From Holophagae bacterium (lineage in GTDB: Bacteria; Acidobacteriota; Thermoanaerobaculia; Thermoanaerobaculales; Thermoanaerobaculaceae), in the NCBI GenBank assembly GCA_012516935.1, contig JAAYVZ010000046.1, forward strand, positions 21,441-85,440: a stretch of 64,000 bases of DNA, in the 5' to 3' direction. This document shows, piece after piece, positions 22,399-31,129 of this stretch; positions within the stretch are counted from its first letter, which is position 1; the number at the start of each line of letters is the position of its first letter. The translations under genes and the position numbers were made by a program. Under the pieces are notes generated by a model that searched no databases, was not told the DNA's origin, and saw only the letters and a list, made by a program, of their open reading frames with translations.

Positions 22399-23463
22399 TT
22401 GGATCTTCAACTGCCGCGCGTATGCGGTGCGCTGGCCCCCGTGATCGTGGTGCTCATAGCCCTGGTGGGGGGGGGATGCGGACGCAAGGCCGACCCGATG
22501 CCTCCGGTCATCGAGGTTCCCGAGACGACGACCGATCTGGAGGTGCGACAGGAGGGAAGTGAGGCCGTCCTTGACTGGTCGTTCCCGCAGCTCACCAGGG
22601 CCGGGCGGCGGCTCGTCGACCTCGAGCGGGTCGAGGTGTGGAAGCTCGATGTGCCGCCGGGCCAGGAGCAGGTGGGCGGCGGTCCCTCGGGCGCCGAGCT
22701 GCGGCGTCAGCTCATGCTGGGCCGTGGGCGTCTCATCGGGCGGCTCGAAGGCAAAGGCCTCGAGCAGGCAACCCGCGGCCCCAAGCTCGAGGTGCGCGAT
22801 CCGTTGCCACCGATCCCAGCCGGGCAGGTGGCGCCAACCTTCTGGTACGCGGTGCGGACGCGGCGGCGCGACGGCACCCCGTCGGCGCTCTCCAACATCG
22901 CTGTCTGGCAGGTCAAGCCCGTCCCCCAACCGGTGCAGGGCCTCACAGCCCAACCGACGGCACGGGGGATCAGCCTGACGTGGCAGGAGCTCCCCGAGTG
23001 CACGTACCAGGTGGAGCGCTTCGGGCGCCCCGAACCGGCCTGGAAGGCGGTGTCCGAGCCGACGCTCGCCCAGGCGTCGTTCGTGGACACCACGGCGACG
23101 CAGAACGCCTCGTGGCGCTACCGGGTGCGGGCGGTGAAAGACGCGGTGTGGGGGCCGCCGGGCAAGGATGTTCCGGTGGCGTATCCAGATGTCTACCCGC
23201 CCGCCGCGGTGGAACGTCTCGTGTGTCTGCCGGAAGGCGACAAGGTGCTCCTGCGCTGGGACCCGCTGGCCGAGCCGAAGGTGCTGTACCGCGTCTTCCG
23301 GCGCCGGAACACGCTGTGGATCCACCTCGTCGACGACGCGCGCGAGCCGCGTTTCGTCGATACCACTCCGCCAGCCGGAGATGCCGAGTACGCGGTCAAA
23401 GCCGTGGACGCGGCGGGCAACGAGTCCGAGCCCGTCTACTGCACGGTGCGGGGTGAGCGGTGA
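22399..23463 (+). CDS. putative membrane-anchored/lipoprotein with two fibronectin-III-like domains
   Basis: Hydrophobic anchor LPRVCGALAPVIVVLIALVGGGC (start TTG 22399 or GTG 22441). Then Pro-rich beta-sandwich repeats (two W/Y-rich FN3-like units). The upstream part of the 22198 ORF is non-coding-like. Confidence 0.55.
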   Translation: MDLQLPRVCGALAPVIVVLIALVGGGCGRKADPMPPVIEVPETTTDLEVRQEGSEAVLDWSFPQLTRAGRRLVDLERVEVWKLDVPPGQEQVGGGPSGAELRRQLMLGRGRLIGRLEGKGLEQATRGPKLEVRDPLPPIPAGQVAPTFWYAVRTRRRDGTPSALSNIAVWQVKPVPQPVQGLTAQPTARGISLTWQELPECTYQVERFGRPEPAWKAVSEPTLAQASFVDTTATQNASWRYRVRAVKDAVWGPPGKDVPVAYPDVYPPAAVERLVCLPEGDKVLLRWDPLAEPKVLYRVFRRRNTLWIHLVDDAREPRFVDTTPPAGDAEYAVKAVDAAGNESEPVYCTVRGER

Positions 23464-24269
23464 GGGCGGCCAAGCTCCACGGCGCGGGCAACGACTTCCT
23501 GCTTTTCGACGGCCACGACGCCTCCCTCCAGGAGCGCCTCCCGGGTGTGGTGGCGCGCCTTTGTCACCGCCGTCTCGGGATCGGTGCCGACGGCGTGCTA
23601 CTAGTCGTGCCGTACGGGTCGACCGAGGCACGGGTGCTGTATTGGAACAGCGACGGCTCACCAGCGGCGTTCTGCGCCAACGGAACGCGCTGTGCGGCCC
23701 GCTTCGCGGCGCGGCGCTGGGGGTGGGAATCGATGGTCCTCCATACGCCGTTCGCGCCGGTGCCGGCGAGGGCCGCTGCGAAAGAGGTGGAGCTCGGGCT
23801 GCCGGCGCCGCTGGAGGTGGGCGCCTGGCACGACCTTGAGGTTGGCAGCGAAACGGTGAGAGGGCGCCGCCTGGTGCTGGGTGTGCCTCATCTGGTGGTC
23901 CCGGTCGACTGGGCTGACTTCTGGATCCGGCCCCTCGACCCCCTCGCACCGGGGCTGCGTGCCCACCCCGATCTGCCGCCTGGCGGTGCCAACGTGACGT
24001 TCGTGCGGAGCCAGGTCGGCGTGCTCGAGGCCCGTTCGTTCGAGCGCGGCATCGAGGCCGAGACGCTCTCGTGCGGGTCGGGGGACGTGGCCGCGGCGCT
24101 GGTCGCGGTGGCCGAGGGCTGGCTACCACCTCCGGTGGAGGTGCGCACGGCCTCGGGCAGGACCCTGCGGGTCGCGCCGGATGGGAAGGCGCCGGCATGC
24201 TCCTCGCGCCTGACCGGCCCGGCCGAGTGGGTCGCCGACCTCGAGATCGCGGCCGAGCTCCTCGCGTAG
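23460..24269 (+). CDS. dapF: diaminopimelate epimerase
   Basis: GAGNDFLLFD and ...SCGSGDVAAA (both catalytic Cys regions). GTG start overlaps the upstream TGA. Confidence 0.85.
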   Translation: MRAAKLHGAGNDFLLFDGHDASLQERLPGVVARLCHRRLGIGADGVLLVVPYGSTEARVLYWNSDGSPAAFCANGTRCAARFAARRWGWESMVLHTPFAPVPARAAAKEVELGLPAPLEVGAWHDLEVGSETVRGRRLVLGVPHLVVPVDWADFWIRPLDPLAPGLRAHPDLPPGGANVTFVRSQVGVLEARSFERGIEAETLSCGSGDVAAALVAVAEGWLPPPVEVRTASGRTLRVAPDGKAPACSSRLTGPAEWVADLEIAAELLA

Positions 24270-24410
24270 CAGCTCCTCCGCACCCACACCGGACCTCGAT
24301 CCCGCCTCCGACCCCGCGTGGCTGGCCACCGCAGGCGGGGCTGTCCTCGATATCCGGCTCGAGGGTGGAGCCAGCCGCAGACCACGGGTCCCGGGTCGCC
24401 GCAGCTGCGG

Positions 24411-26300
24411 CTACTCGTAGCGGGCCAGGAGCTCGGGGAGCAACGGGCGCAGCGCGGTCATGATCGTCTGCTCGCGCTCGCCGTCGTGGCGACACGGAAT
24501 GCGCTCGACCGTCACCCCGCCCCGACTCACGGTGAGTTCCTCGCCTTGCAGGCGAACGAGCGCGCCCGCGGGGAGCAGATCGCGGGCCACCGTCTCCTCC
24601 ACCGCATGCGGCTCGTCGAGCACCACGATGTCGGCACCCTGGTGGAACATACCTTCGGCCGCAATATCGTTTTCGCCGTGGTGGATCGCCGCCACGTCGA
24701 GCTGCGGCCAGCGGAGCAGCATCTTGACGTTCTGGGCGTGGCTGCGGTTGTGGGCGAACGGCACCCCACCGAACGACACGCCGTCGGGTGTGAGGGCGCC
24801 GAATCCCAACCCGGGGCGGAGCTTTTCGAACGCCGCGCGCAGCATCTCGCAGAGCGAGACCGTCAGGCAGTTGCCGGCGATGATGGGGATGCGCGAGCGC
24901 TCGGGGCGCGGGAAGTGCGCCTCCATGATCTTCCCTGGAACATCCACTGAGCCGCCGATCGCCGGGCAAAGGTGCATGAACACGCCGGGGCCGGCGTTGA
25001 TCTCGATGATCCCGAAGTCTCCTTCGGTCCAGGGACGAGAGATGTCGCGCGCCAGCACGTCGATCCCCAGGCAGGTCAGCTTGAAAAACCCGGCGATGTC
25101 CTCCACGAGCTTGACGTTGGCGGGGTGCACGCGGTCGCTGACGTTGATCGACACCCCACCGGCCGAGAGGTTGGCGACGCGGCGCAGGTAGACTCGCTCT
25201 CCAGCCGCCGGGATGGTGGCCAGCGTCCGCCCCTGCTGCTTGAGGAAGTCCTGGAGGTCCTCGTCCACCTTGATCTTGCCGAGTGGCGAGCGGGCCGTGT
25301 CGGCGCGCGCCTCGGTGGCGTTCTCGGTCTCGATGAGCTTCTCGATGGCGTCACGACCGTTCCCGTCCACGAACGCCGGTAGGCGCTGTAGCGCCGCGGC
25401 GAACCGGCCGTTCACCGCCAGCAACCGATGGTCGGTGCCGGAAATATGCTTTTCGACCACGGCGCCGTCGAACGGCGTCCCGTGCTCGCGAGCGCTATCG
25501 ACGATGCCGTGGAACGCCTTGCGCACGCCCTCGAGGTCGTCGATACCGGTCACCACGCCCTGTCCCTTGTGTCCGGCCACCGGCTTCACGACCACCGGGA
25601 ACCCCAGCCCCTCCGCCTCACGCAGCGTCTGCTCCTCGCGCATACAGGAGCGCCCCGCGGGGGTCGGGAAACCGCACATCAGCAAGAAGTCCTTCACCAT
25701 GTCCTTGTACATGGTGAACTCGGTGTCTTTGATCGAGTCGGTATGGAACGTCGTCGAGCGCCCGCGCACCTGCCGCCGACCGTACCCCCACTGGAACTGG
25801 TTCTCCTCCCAGAGGTAGTGGACGGGGATGTGGCGCTCGTGGGCAGCCTCGAGCAGCGAGTAAAGCGTCGGTCCGCCGTAGAGGGTCTTGCCGAACGTGG
25901 CCTGAAGCCTGGTGAAGCGCTCGCTGAAGTCCGACGCGCGTTCCCGCTGCAGTGCCCGGAACCAATCACGCACGAGATAAACGGCGTCTTCCGCGGTGTC
26001 CTGGTCGAGATACTCGGCGGCGATGAGGTGCTCCCCGCCGGCAGGTTGCAGGCAGGACTTACCGATGAACAGGTCCAGATCGAGCCGGAGGACGGCCATC
26101 AGGGCCAGCCGAAACAGGTCGGCGACGCTCTTCGGCGAGGCATGCGCGAGCGCCGGCAGCGTGCTGGACACCGCCCGCAGGAACGGGGTGACCGCGCGCG
26201 CCTCGGCACCGACGTAGAGATGGAAGGCGAAGGCGCGGCAGTCGAGGAAGCGGTTCGGTCCGGGAAAAAAGCGCAGGTTGGAGATCTCGAAGCTGGTCAT
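24411..26300 (-). CDS. cyanophycin synthetase-like protein, truncated CphA2-type (N domain + ATP-grasp G domain + degenerate partial Mur-ligase domain)
   Basis: 629 aa. The N-terminus resembles CphA. The ATP-grasp core ([14 protein letters not shown]...[16 protein letters not shown]...ANLSAGG...EINAGPG) aligns to the CphA G domain. [14 protein letters not shown] occupies the position of the M-domain P-loop (IPIIAVTGTNGKTT) but the GKT is lost. The protein ends about 150 aa into the M domain. Confidence 0.65.
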   Translation of the reverse strand: MTSFEISNLRFFPGPNRFLDCRAFAFHLYVGAEARAVTPFLRAVSSTLPALAHASPKSVADLFRLALMAVLRLDLDLFIGKSCLQPAGGEHLIAAEYLDQDTAEDAVYLVRDWFRALQRERASDFSERFTRLQATFGKTLYGGPTLYSLLEAAHERHIPVHYLWEENQFQWGYGRRQVRGRSTTFHTDSIKDTEFTMYKDMVKDFLLMCGFPTPAGRSCMREEQTLREAEGLGFPVVVKPVAGHKGQGVVTGIDDLEGVRKAFHGIVDSAREHGTPFDGAVVEKHISGTDHRLLAVNGRFAAALQRLPAFVDGNGRDAIEKLIETENATEARADTARSPLGKIKVDEDLQDFLKQQGRTLATIPAAGERVYLRRVANLSAGGVSINVSDRVHPANVKLVEDIAGFFKLTCLGIDVLARDISRPWTEGDFGIIEINAGPGVFMHLCPAIGGSVDVPGKIMEAHFPRPERSRIPIIAGNCLTVSLCEMLRAAFEKLRPGLGFGALTPDGVSFGGVPFAHNRSHAQNVKMLLRWPQLDVAAIHHGENDIAAEGMFHQGADIVVLDEPHAVEETVARDLLPAGALVRLQGEELTVSRGGVTVERIPCRHDGEREQTIMTALRPLLPELLARYE

Positions 26301-26385
26301 GGGGTGCTCCCGTGGTCCGGGGAGAGAACCCCGGTACGCGAGAGCTTACACTACCCTCGGGACGTCCCGAGAGGAGGTTGCGACC

Positions 26386-26898
26386 GTGGCCGCACGGATC
26401 ATCGTGGTCGAGGGGGACATCACCCAGCAGGCCGTCGACGCCATCGTCAACGCCGCCAACGCGAGCCTGCTGGGAGGCGGAGGCGTTGACGGAGCGATCC
26501 ACCGGGCCGCGGGGCCGGAGCTGCTGGCGGCGTGTCGTGCGCTCGGGGGCTGTCCCACCGGTGAGGCGCGCATCACCGGAGGGTACCGGCTGCCTGCCCG
26601 CCACGTCATCCACACCGTGGGGCCGGTGTGGCGGGGCGGCGGGTGCGGCGAGGACGAGCTGCTGGCATCGTGCTACCGGGCGAGCCTCGGGCTCGCCGTT
26701 CAACACCAGGTTCGGTCCATCGCCTTCCCGGCCATCTCGACCGGTGCCTACGGCTTCCCGATCGAGCGGGCGGCAAGTATCGCGGTGCGGACAATCCGCA
26801 GCTTCCTCGACACGCACGGCGAGATCGACGAGGTTCGGTTGGTGTGCTTCGGCCCCGAAGCGACGGCCATCCACCGGCGCGAGCTCGGCGGAGCCTGA
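26386..26898 (+). CDS. macro-domain protein (O-acetyl-ADP-ribose deacetylase, YmdB/MacroD-like)
   Basis: [40 protein letters not shown] is the canonical macro-domain signature. SD GAGGAGG sits 8 nt before GTG 26386. Confidence 0.8.
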   Translation: MAARIIVVEGDITQQAVDAIVNAANASLLGGGGVDGAIHRAAGPELLAACRALGGCPTGEARITGGYRLPARHVIHTVGPVWRGGGCGEDELLASCYRASLGLAVQHQVRSIAFPAISTGAYGFPIERAASIAVRTIRSFLDTHGEIDEVRLVCFGPEATAIHRRELGGA

Positions 26899-27031
26899 AC
26901 CGCTTCCCTCAACCGCCGCAGGGTAGCGGTCTTTCCATCGTCCGATCACCGCGACCGGGCTACGCCGGTCCTCCCGGCAATGTGGCACGAGGTCCTTTGT
27001 TATAGTTTCCGATCGTGGTTGGAGGGGGCCC

Positions 27032-28237
27032 ATGCGTCGTGGACGGCTGGCAGCAATCGCTCTCGTGGTCGCGGGACTGGCGTCGGCACAAGCACCGGAG
27101 GAGGCAGCGAAGCGCTTCGTGCTGGCGTACGTATCCTACGCGCCGGAGTCGAGCGTCGACGTAAGGGTGGACGCCCGGGTGACGACTCCGATGGGCCCGT
27201 ACGTCGTCGCCACCGCCCGGCGCTCCAGCCTGCGAGGCGGGGAGCCCGAGCAACTCTCGTTGCTCATCGATCCTCAGAGCCGGCAGGTGACCGTCGGGCC
27301 GCTGATGCCGCTGCCTCCGACCAACCCGCCGCTGAGCGCCTCGACCATGCCGGGGTTCGTCGAGACGGTACTCACGCCGTTGCTGTCCGGTGCGATGGGA
27401 TCGCGGGTGAGGATACGTTGGCCGTCGACACCCACGAGGACAACGGCGGTGGTGACGCTGGCAGCCGAGATCGCCTCGGGGTATGGCTGGGTCCGCATGC
27501 CAGCGGCGATCACGATGGACGGCAAGTACTTCATGCTCGGATCGACGTGGCCGCTCGATCGTGACCCGCGAGCGACGCGAAGGGAGATGCTGCGCGACGC
27601 ACGCGTGAGCTGGGATCCCGGGCACGAGTCCGCGGTGGTCCAGCTCGTCGAGTTCTCGGACTTCCAGTGTCCGGCCTGCAAGTACCACTGGGCGACAGTC
27701 AAGGAAGTGCTGGACAAGATCGGGTCCTCGGTCCGCCACGGCATGGTCAACTACCCCCTCACCCAGAGCCACCCCTGGGCGTTTGCAGCCGCCGTCGCCG
27801 GCGAGTGCATCGGCGAGATCTGGCCGGATCACTTCCTGGGTCTGAAGGAGGAGTTCTACCGCTTGCAGGACTCGATGTCGGTGGAGACGGTGAAGGATGC
27901 GGCGCTCGGTTACCTGACCCAGCAAGCGCTGCCTGAGAGGCCGTTTTCCGACTGCTTCATGAAGGACCCGGTGGTCGAGGTGGTGCTCCGACAGATCGAG
28001 CTGGCGCAGCGCCTCGGGGTGGTCGCGACCCCGACCTACTTCGCCAACGGCGAGGTCTTGGCACCCGGCAACAAGGATTGGATGAGCAAGCGACTGCGAG
28101 CGATCATCGCCGCCAAAGGTCTACCGGAGGGTGCTGCCGAGATCAAGCCCGAACCCACCCCGGCTACGAGTCCAGCACCCGGAGCCAAGCCCCCCGTTGC
28201 TCACCCGGCCGCACCCCTGCCAACGCGGAATCGGTAG
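27032..28237 (+). CDS. secreted DsbA-family thiol:disulfide oxidoreductase
   Basis: Signal peptide MRRGRLAAIALVVAGLASAQA. Thioredoxin-fold CxxC (FSDFQCPACK) in a DsbA-like context. C-terminal Pro/Ala-rich tail. Confidence 0.7.
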   Translation: MRRGRLAAIALVVAGLASAQAPEEAAKRFVLAYVSYAPESSVDVRVDARVTTPMGPYVVATARRSSLRGGEPEQLSLLIDPQSRQVTVGPLMPLPPTNPPLSASTMPGFVETVLTPLLSGAMGSRVRIRWPSTPTRTTAVVTLAAEIASGYGWVRMPAAITMDGKYFMLGSTWPLDRDPRATRREMLRDARVSWDPGHESAVVQLVEFSDFQCPACKYHWATVKEVLDKIGSSVRHGMVNYPLTQSHPWAFAAAVAGECIGEIWPDHFLGLKEEFYRLQDSMSVETVKDAALGYLTQQALPERPFSDCFMKDPVVEVVLRQIELAQRLGVVATPTYFANGEVLAPGNKDWMSKRLRAIIAAKGLPEGAAEIKPEPTPATSPAPGAKPPVAHPAAPLPTRNR

Positions 28238-28621
28238 CTACTTCGCCACCAGCACCGCCAGGCGCGGGCCCAGGATCAAGACCCCGATGATCGCCGAGCC
28301 GACGGCGGCGAGCAGGACTGCCCCTGCTGCCACATCCTTGGCCTTCTTGATCAGCGGGTGGGGGCAGGGGGCCACGGCGTTGGCCAGGCACTCGAGAGCG
28401 GTGTTGAGTGCCTCGGCGGTCCACACCGTCACCATGGCCAGCACGATGCAGCACCACTCCGCACTGCTGATCCCGAGGTACGCGGCGACGAGGCAGACGA
28501 CGACCGTGGCGAGCGCGTGCAGCCAGGCGTTGTGCTGGGTCCGCATCATCGCAACGATGCCGTTGGCCGCATAGCGGACGCTGTCGAGACGGGCGGTGGT
28601 GACGAGGCGCTTGGAGACCAT
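28238..28621 (-). CDS. dgkA: diacylglycerol kinase family protein (DgkA/UDPK)
   Basis: 127 aa, three TM helices, conserved ...EALNTALE... motif. A -10-like TAGAAT on the minus strand at 28700-28695 overlaps the upstream gene's TAG stop. Confidence 0.8.
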   Translation of the reverse strand: MVSKRLVTTARLDSVRYAANGIVAMMRTQHNAWLHALATVVVCLVAAYLGISSAEWCCIVLAMVTVWTAEALNTALECLANAVAPCPHPLIKKAKDVAAGAVLLAAVGSAIIGVLILGPRLAVLVAK

Positions 28622-28697
28622 CGTTTCTCCTCCTCAGCCGCGGATGGGGCAAGACGACGGCACGACACTCCGGACCCCTGGCGGTTTGAGGGGCATT

Positions 28698-29570
28698 CTA
28701 CAGGGTGCCGAGGTGCTCCTCGAAGCGGGCGACGAAAGCACCGTAGCTTTCGCTGAAGGCGCGGGTGAAGTTGGCTTCGGCATCGTCGTTCTCGGCGAAG
28801 AAGCGAAAGTACTCCACGACGCGGGCGGCGCCGTGCTCGGTGATGAGGAGGTCGGCAGCCAGAAACGCCTGGTCGTAGATCGGTGCCTGCCGATGCCGGG
28901 CGAGTTGTGCGAGCAGATCGTGCCCGGAGCGGAGCTCGGCGAGCGGCGGGAGGGAGCGGGTGTAGCGAGCCGCCAGAACCCGCGCTGCGGCACGGTGGCG
29001 ATGCCGGCCCACAGAGCCCATCTGCAGCGACTCAGCCACGTGCCACGCCACCCACTCCGCGAACCCCTCACGCAGCCACTGCTCCGAGGTACCCCGCCGA
29101 CCTCCCGAGAGGACGTACTGGGCCGAGTGGGTGAGCTCGTGGCTGAGCACCAGAAGACGCTGCGGCCAGCGTAACGGCCGGAACGAGGCCTCGTTGACCA
29201 TCACCTTGGTGACCCGGCCCACGGCGTCGAGGGTGCCGGCCGCCCGTCGGGCCAGGTCCGGTGGCATGCCGTCGTCGATCAGTGCCCGCTCGAGGGCGTG
29301 CTGGTGGGGGTAGAGGAAGAGCTCGACATCGAGACGGGGGAAGCCGAGCTCGTACTCCATGATCTGGGCGATCCGGTACCACCAGTGGTGGTAGCCGCGA
29401 AGGGTCCCCGCCGAGGCACCAGCGCCGAGCTCGTGCGGCGAAGGCACGACCCGCGGGGCCACCGTACACGCACCCCCAGCCAGCCCCACCAGCGTCGCCC
29501 CGATCCACACCGCAGGGCCCAGGAGGCGGCCGGTTTCCCACCAGCGAGCTGGTCTCCCCGTCTCGTTCAC
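28698..29570 (-). CDS. putative secreted/lipoprotein zinc metallopeptidase (HExxH)
   Basis: Signal-like N-terminus from GTG 29570 (RPARWWETGRLLGPAVWIGATLVGLAGGAC) and an HELTH zinc-binding motif. The N-terminal 97 codons of the 28698..29861 ORF were judged spurious. Confidence 0.5.
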   Translation of the reverse strand: MNETGRPARWWETGRLLGPAVWIGATLVGLAGGACTVAPRVVPSPHELGAGASAGTLRGYHHWWYRIAQIMEYELGFPRLDVELFLYPHQHALERALIDDGMPPDLARRAAGTLDAVGRVTKVMVNEASFRPLRWPQRLLVLSHELTHSAQYVLSGGRRGTSEQWLREGFAEWVAWHVAESLQMGSVGRHRHRAAARVLAARYTRSLPPLAELRSGHDLLAQLARHRQAPIYDQAFLAADLLITEHGAARVVEYFRFFAENDDAEANFTRAFSESYGAFVARFEEHLGTL

Positions 29571-29682
29571 GGCGCGTTCCCCAGCTTCCCCACCACCATG
29601 ATAGGCATCTTTGAACGACGACCGTGTCCGGTGTGGCGCCGGCTCGCCGAGCGTGGTATTGCTATCGCGGCGGAGGAATAGC

Positions 29683-30492
29683 ATGCTCACGGTGTTCGTG
29701 GTCTCCGACGCCACCGGCGAGACCGCCGAGCGGGTGGCGCGCTCGGCGCTCGCACAGTTCGGCGACGCCGCGGTGGCGATCGAGCGGCGCGGCGAGGTGC
29801 GCTCCGCCGGGTGTGTGCGCGCGGTCGTCAACGAGGCGGCCGGTCGCGACTCGCTCCTCATTCATACCTTGGTCGCCAACGAGCTTCGGCAGGTGATGCT
29901 GGAGGAGACGCGGAGACGCGGCGTCGACGCCATGGACCTGATGGGACCGGTGCTGGCGCGGCTTTCCCACGCCCTCGGCGTCACCCCGCAGGAGAAGCCG
30001 GGGCTGTTCGCTCAGCTCATGACCGCCCGTTCGCGCCAGATTGAGGCAGTCGACTACGCCTTCCGTCACGACGACGGCGCCCGGACCGACGAGCTCGAGC
30101 GGGCCGAGATCATCCTCGTCGGCGTATCGCGCACGATGAAGACCCCGACCACGCTCTACCTCGCGTACCGGGGTTGGTTCGCTGCCAACGTGCCGCTGGT
30201 GCCGGGGGTGCCGCCTCCAGCCGCGCTGCTGACCCAGCCCCCCGACAAGGTGTTCGGGCTGCTCATGACCCCGGCGCGCCTCGCCGAGCTGCGGCGCGTG
30301 CGGGCCCAGCACCTGCAGATGGGGCCAGCCGCCTACGCGGCGCTGGCCGACATCCGTGAGGAGCTGGTGCGGGCGCAGATCCTGTGCATCGACCATGGCT
30401 GGCGGCGCATCGACGTGACCGGCAAGTCGGTCGAGGAGGTCGCGCTCGAGATCCTCGCCCTGCGCGGCCTGAGTGAGGACCGCCGACCGTAG
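29683..30492 (+). CDS. ppsR: pyruvate, water dikinase / pyruvate phosphate dikinase regulatory protein (PSRP, DUF299)
   Basis: MLTVFVVSDATGETAERVA..., P-loop-like GVSRTMKTPT. SD GGAGGAA precedes ATG 29683. Confidence 0.85.
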   Translation: MLTVFVVSDATGETAERVARSALAQFGDAAVAIERRGEVRSAGCVRAVVNEAAGRDSLLIHTLVANELRQVMLEETRRRGVDAMDLMGPVLARLSHALGVTPQEKPGLFAQLMTARSRQIEAVDYAFRHDDGARTDELERAEIILVGVSRTMKTPTTLYLAYRGWFAANVPLVPGVPPPAALLTQPPDKVFGLLMTPARLAELRRVRAQHLQMGPAAYAALADIREELVRAQILCIDHGWRRIDVTGKSVEEVALEILALRGLSEDRRP

Positions 30493-30526
30493 CGCCCGCC
30501 GACGCAACCGTCCGGGCTGGCGAGGG

Positions 30527-30532
30527 TAGAAT
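30527..30532 (+). promoter_or_regulatory. -10-like TAGAAT (GAGGGTAGAATGCAG) upstream of nfeD
   Basis: Third copy of the GGGTAGAATGC-type element. It lies 22 nt upstream of ATG 30554. Confidence 0.3.
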
Positions 30533-30553
30533 GCAGAGATTGACGGATGTGCC

Positions 30554-31081
30554 ATGATCGGGGAGACCACCATGCTCGTGTTCTTGTCGCTCGCCGGCAT
30601 CGGCTTGCTTTTCCTGCTCATCTCGGCCTTCGTGGGCGATCACATCGAGGTCCACCCCGAGATCGAGGTCGGTGGGATCGGGTTCTTGTCGGTGCGAGCC
30701 GTCGCCGTGTTCCTCACTGCCTTCGGCACCATCGGGGCGATCGCCCGCTGGTACGGCAAGGGAGCCCTCGCCTGCTCGGTGTGGGGCCTGCTGTCAGGCG
30801 TGGTGCTCTCGCTCATCTACTTCCTGATCATGGGGTTGGTGAAATCGCAGGAGGCGTCGTCGCTGGTCGACGAGGCCGATCTCGTGGGGTGCACCGGCAG
30901 ACTCACCGTGGGGATCCCGGCCGGAGGCCTCGGCGAGGTGAGCTGCACGTCCAAGGCACAGACCGTGCGTCGCCTCGTGCGGGTGGCCCACGGCGGTGCG
31001 GTGCCGGAAGGCACCATCGTCCGGATCCAGGACATGCAGGGCGACGTCCTGATCGTCGAGGAGCTCGAGACCGAGAGCTGA
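30554..31081 (+). CDS. NfeD-family membrane protein (short form, partner of flotillin)
   Basis: Two or three N-terminal TM helices plus a C-terminal OB-fold. It lies immediately upstream of the flotillin gene, the classic NfeD-SPFH operon. Confidence 0.7.
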   Translation: MIGETTMLVFLSLAGIGLLFLLISAFVGDHIEVHPEIEVGGIGFLSVRAVAVFLTAFGTIGAIARWYGKGALACSVWGLLSGVVLSLIYFLIMGLVKSQEASSLVDEADLVGCTGRLTVGIPAGGLGEVSCTSKAQTVRRLVRVAHGGAVPEGTIVRIQDMQGDVLIVEELETES

Positions 31082-31129
31082 TCGGAGCCGGCGGCGGACC
31101 GCGTCCCGTCAGCGCGAGGAGGCACGACA

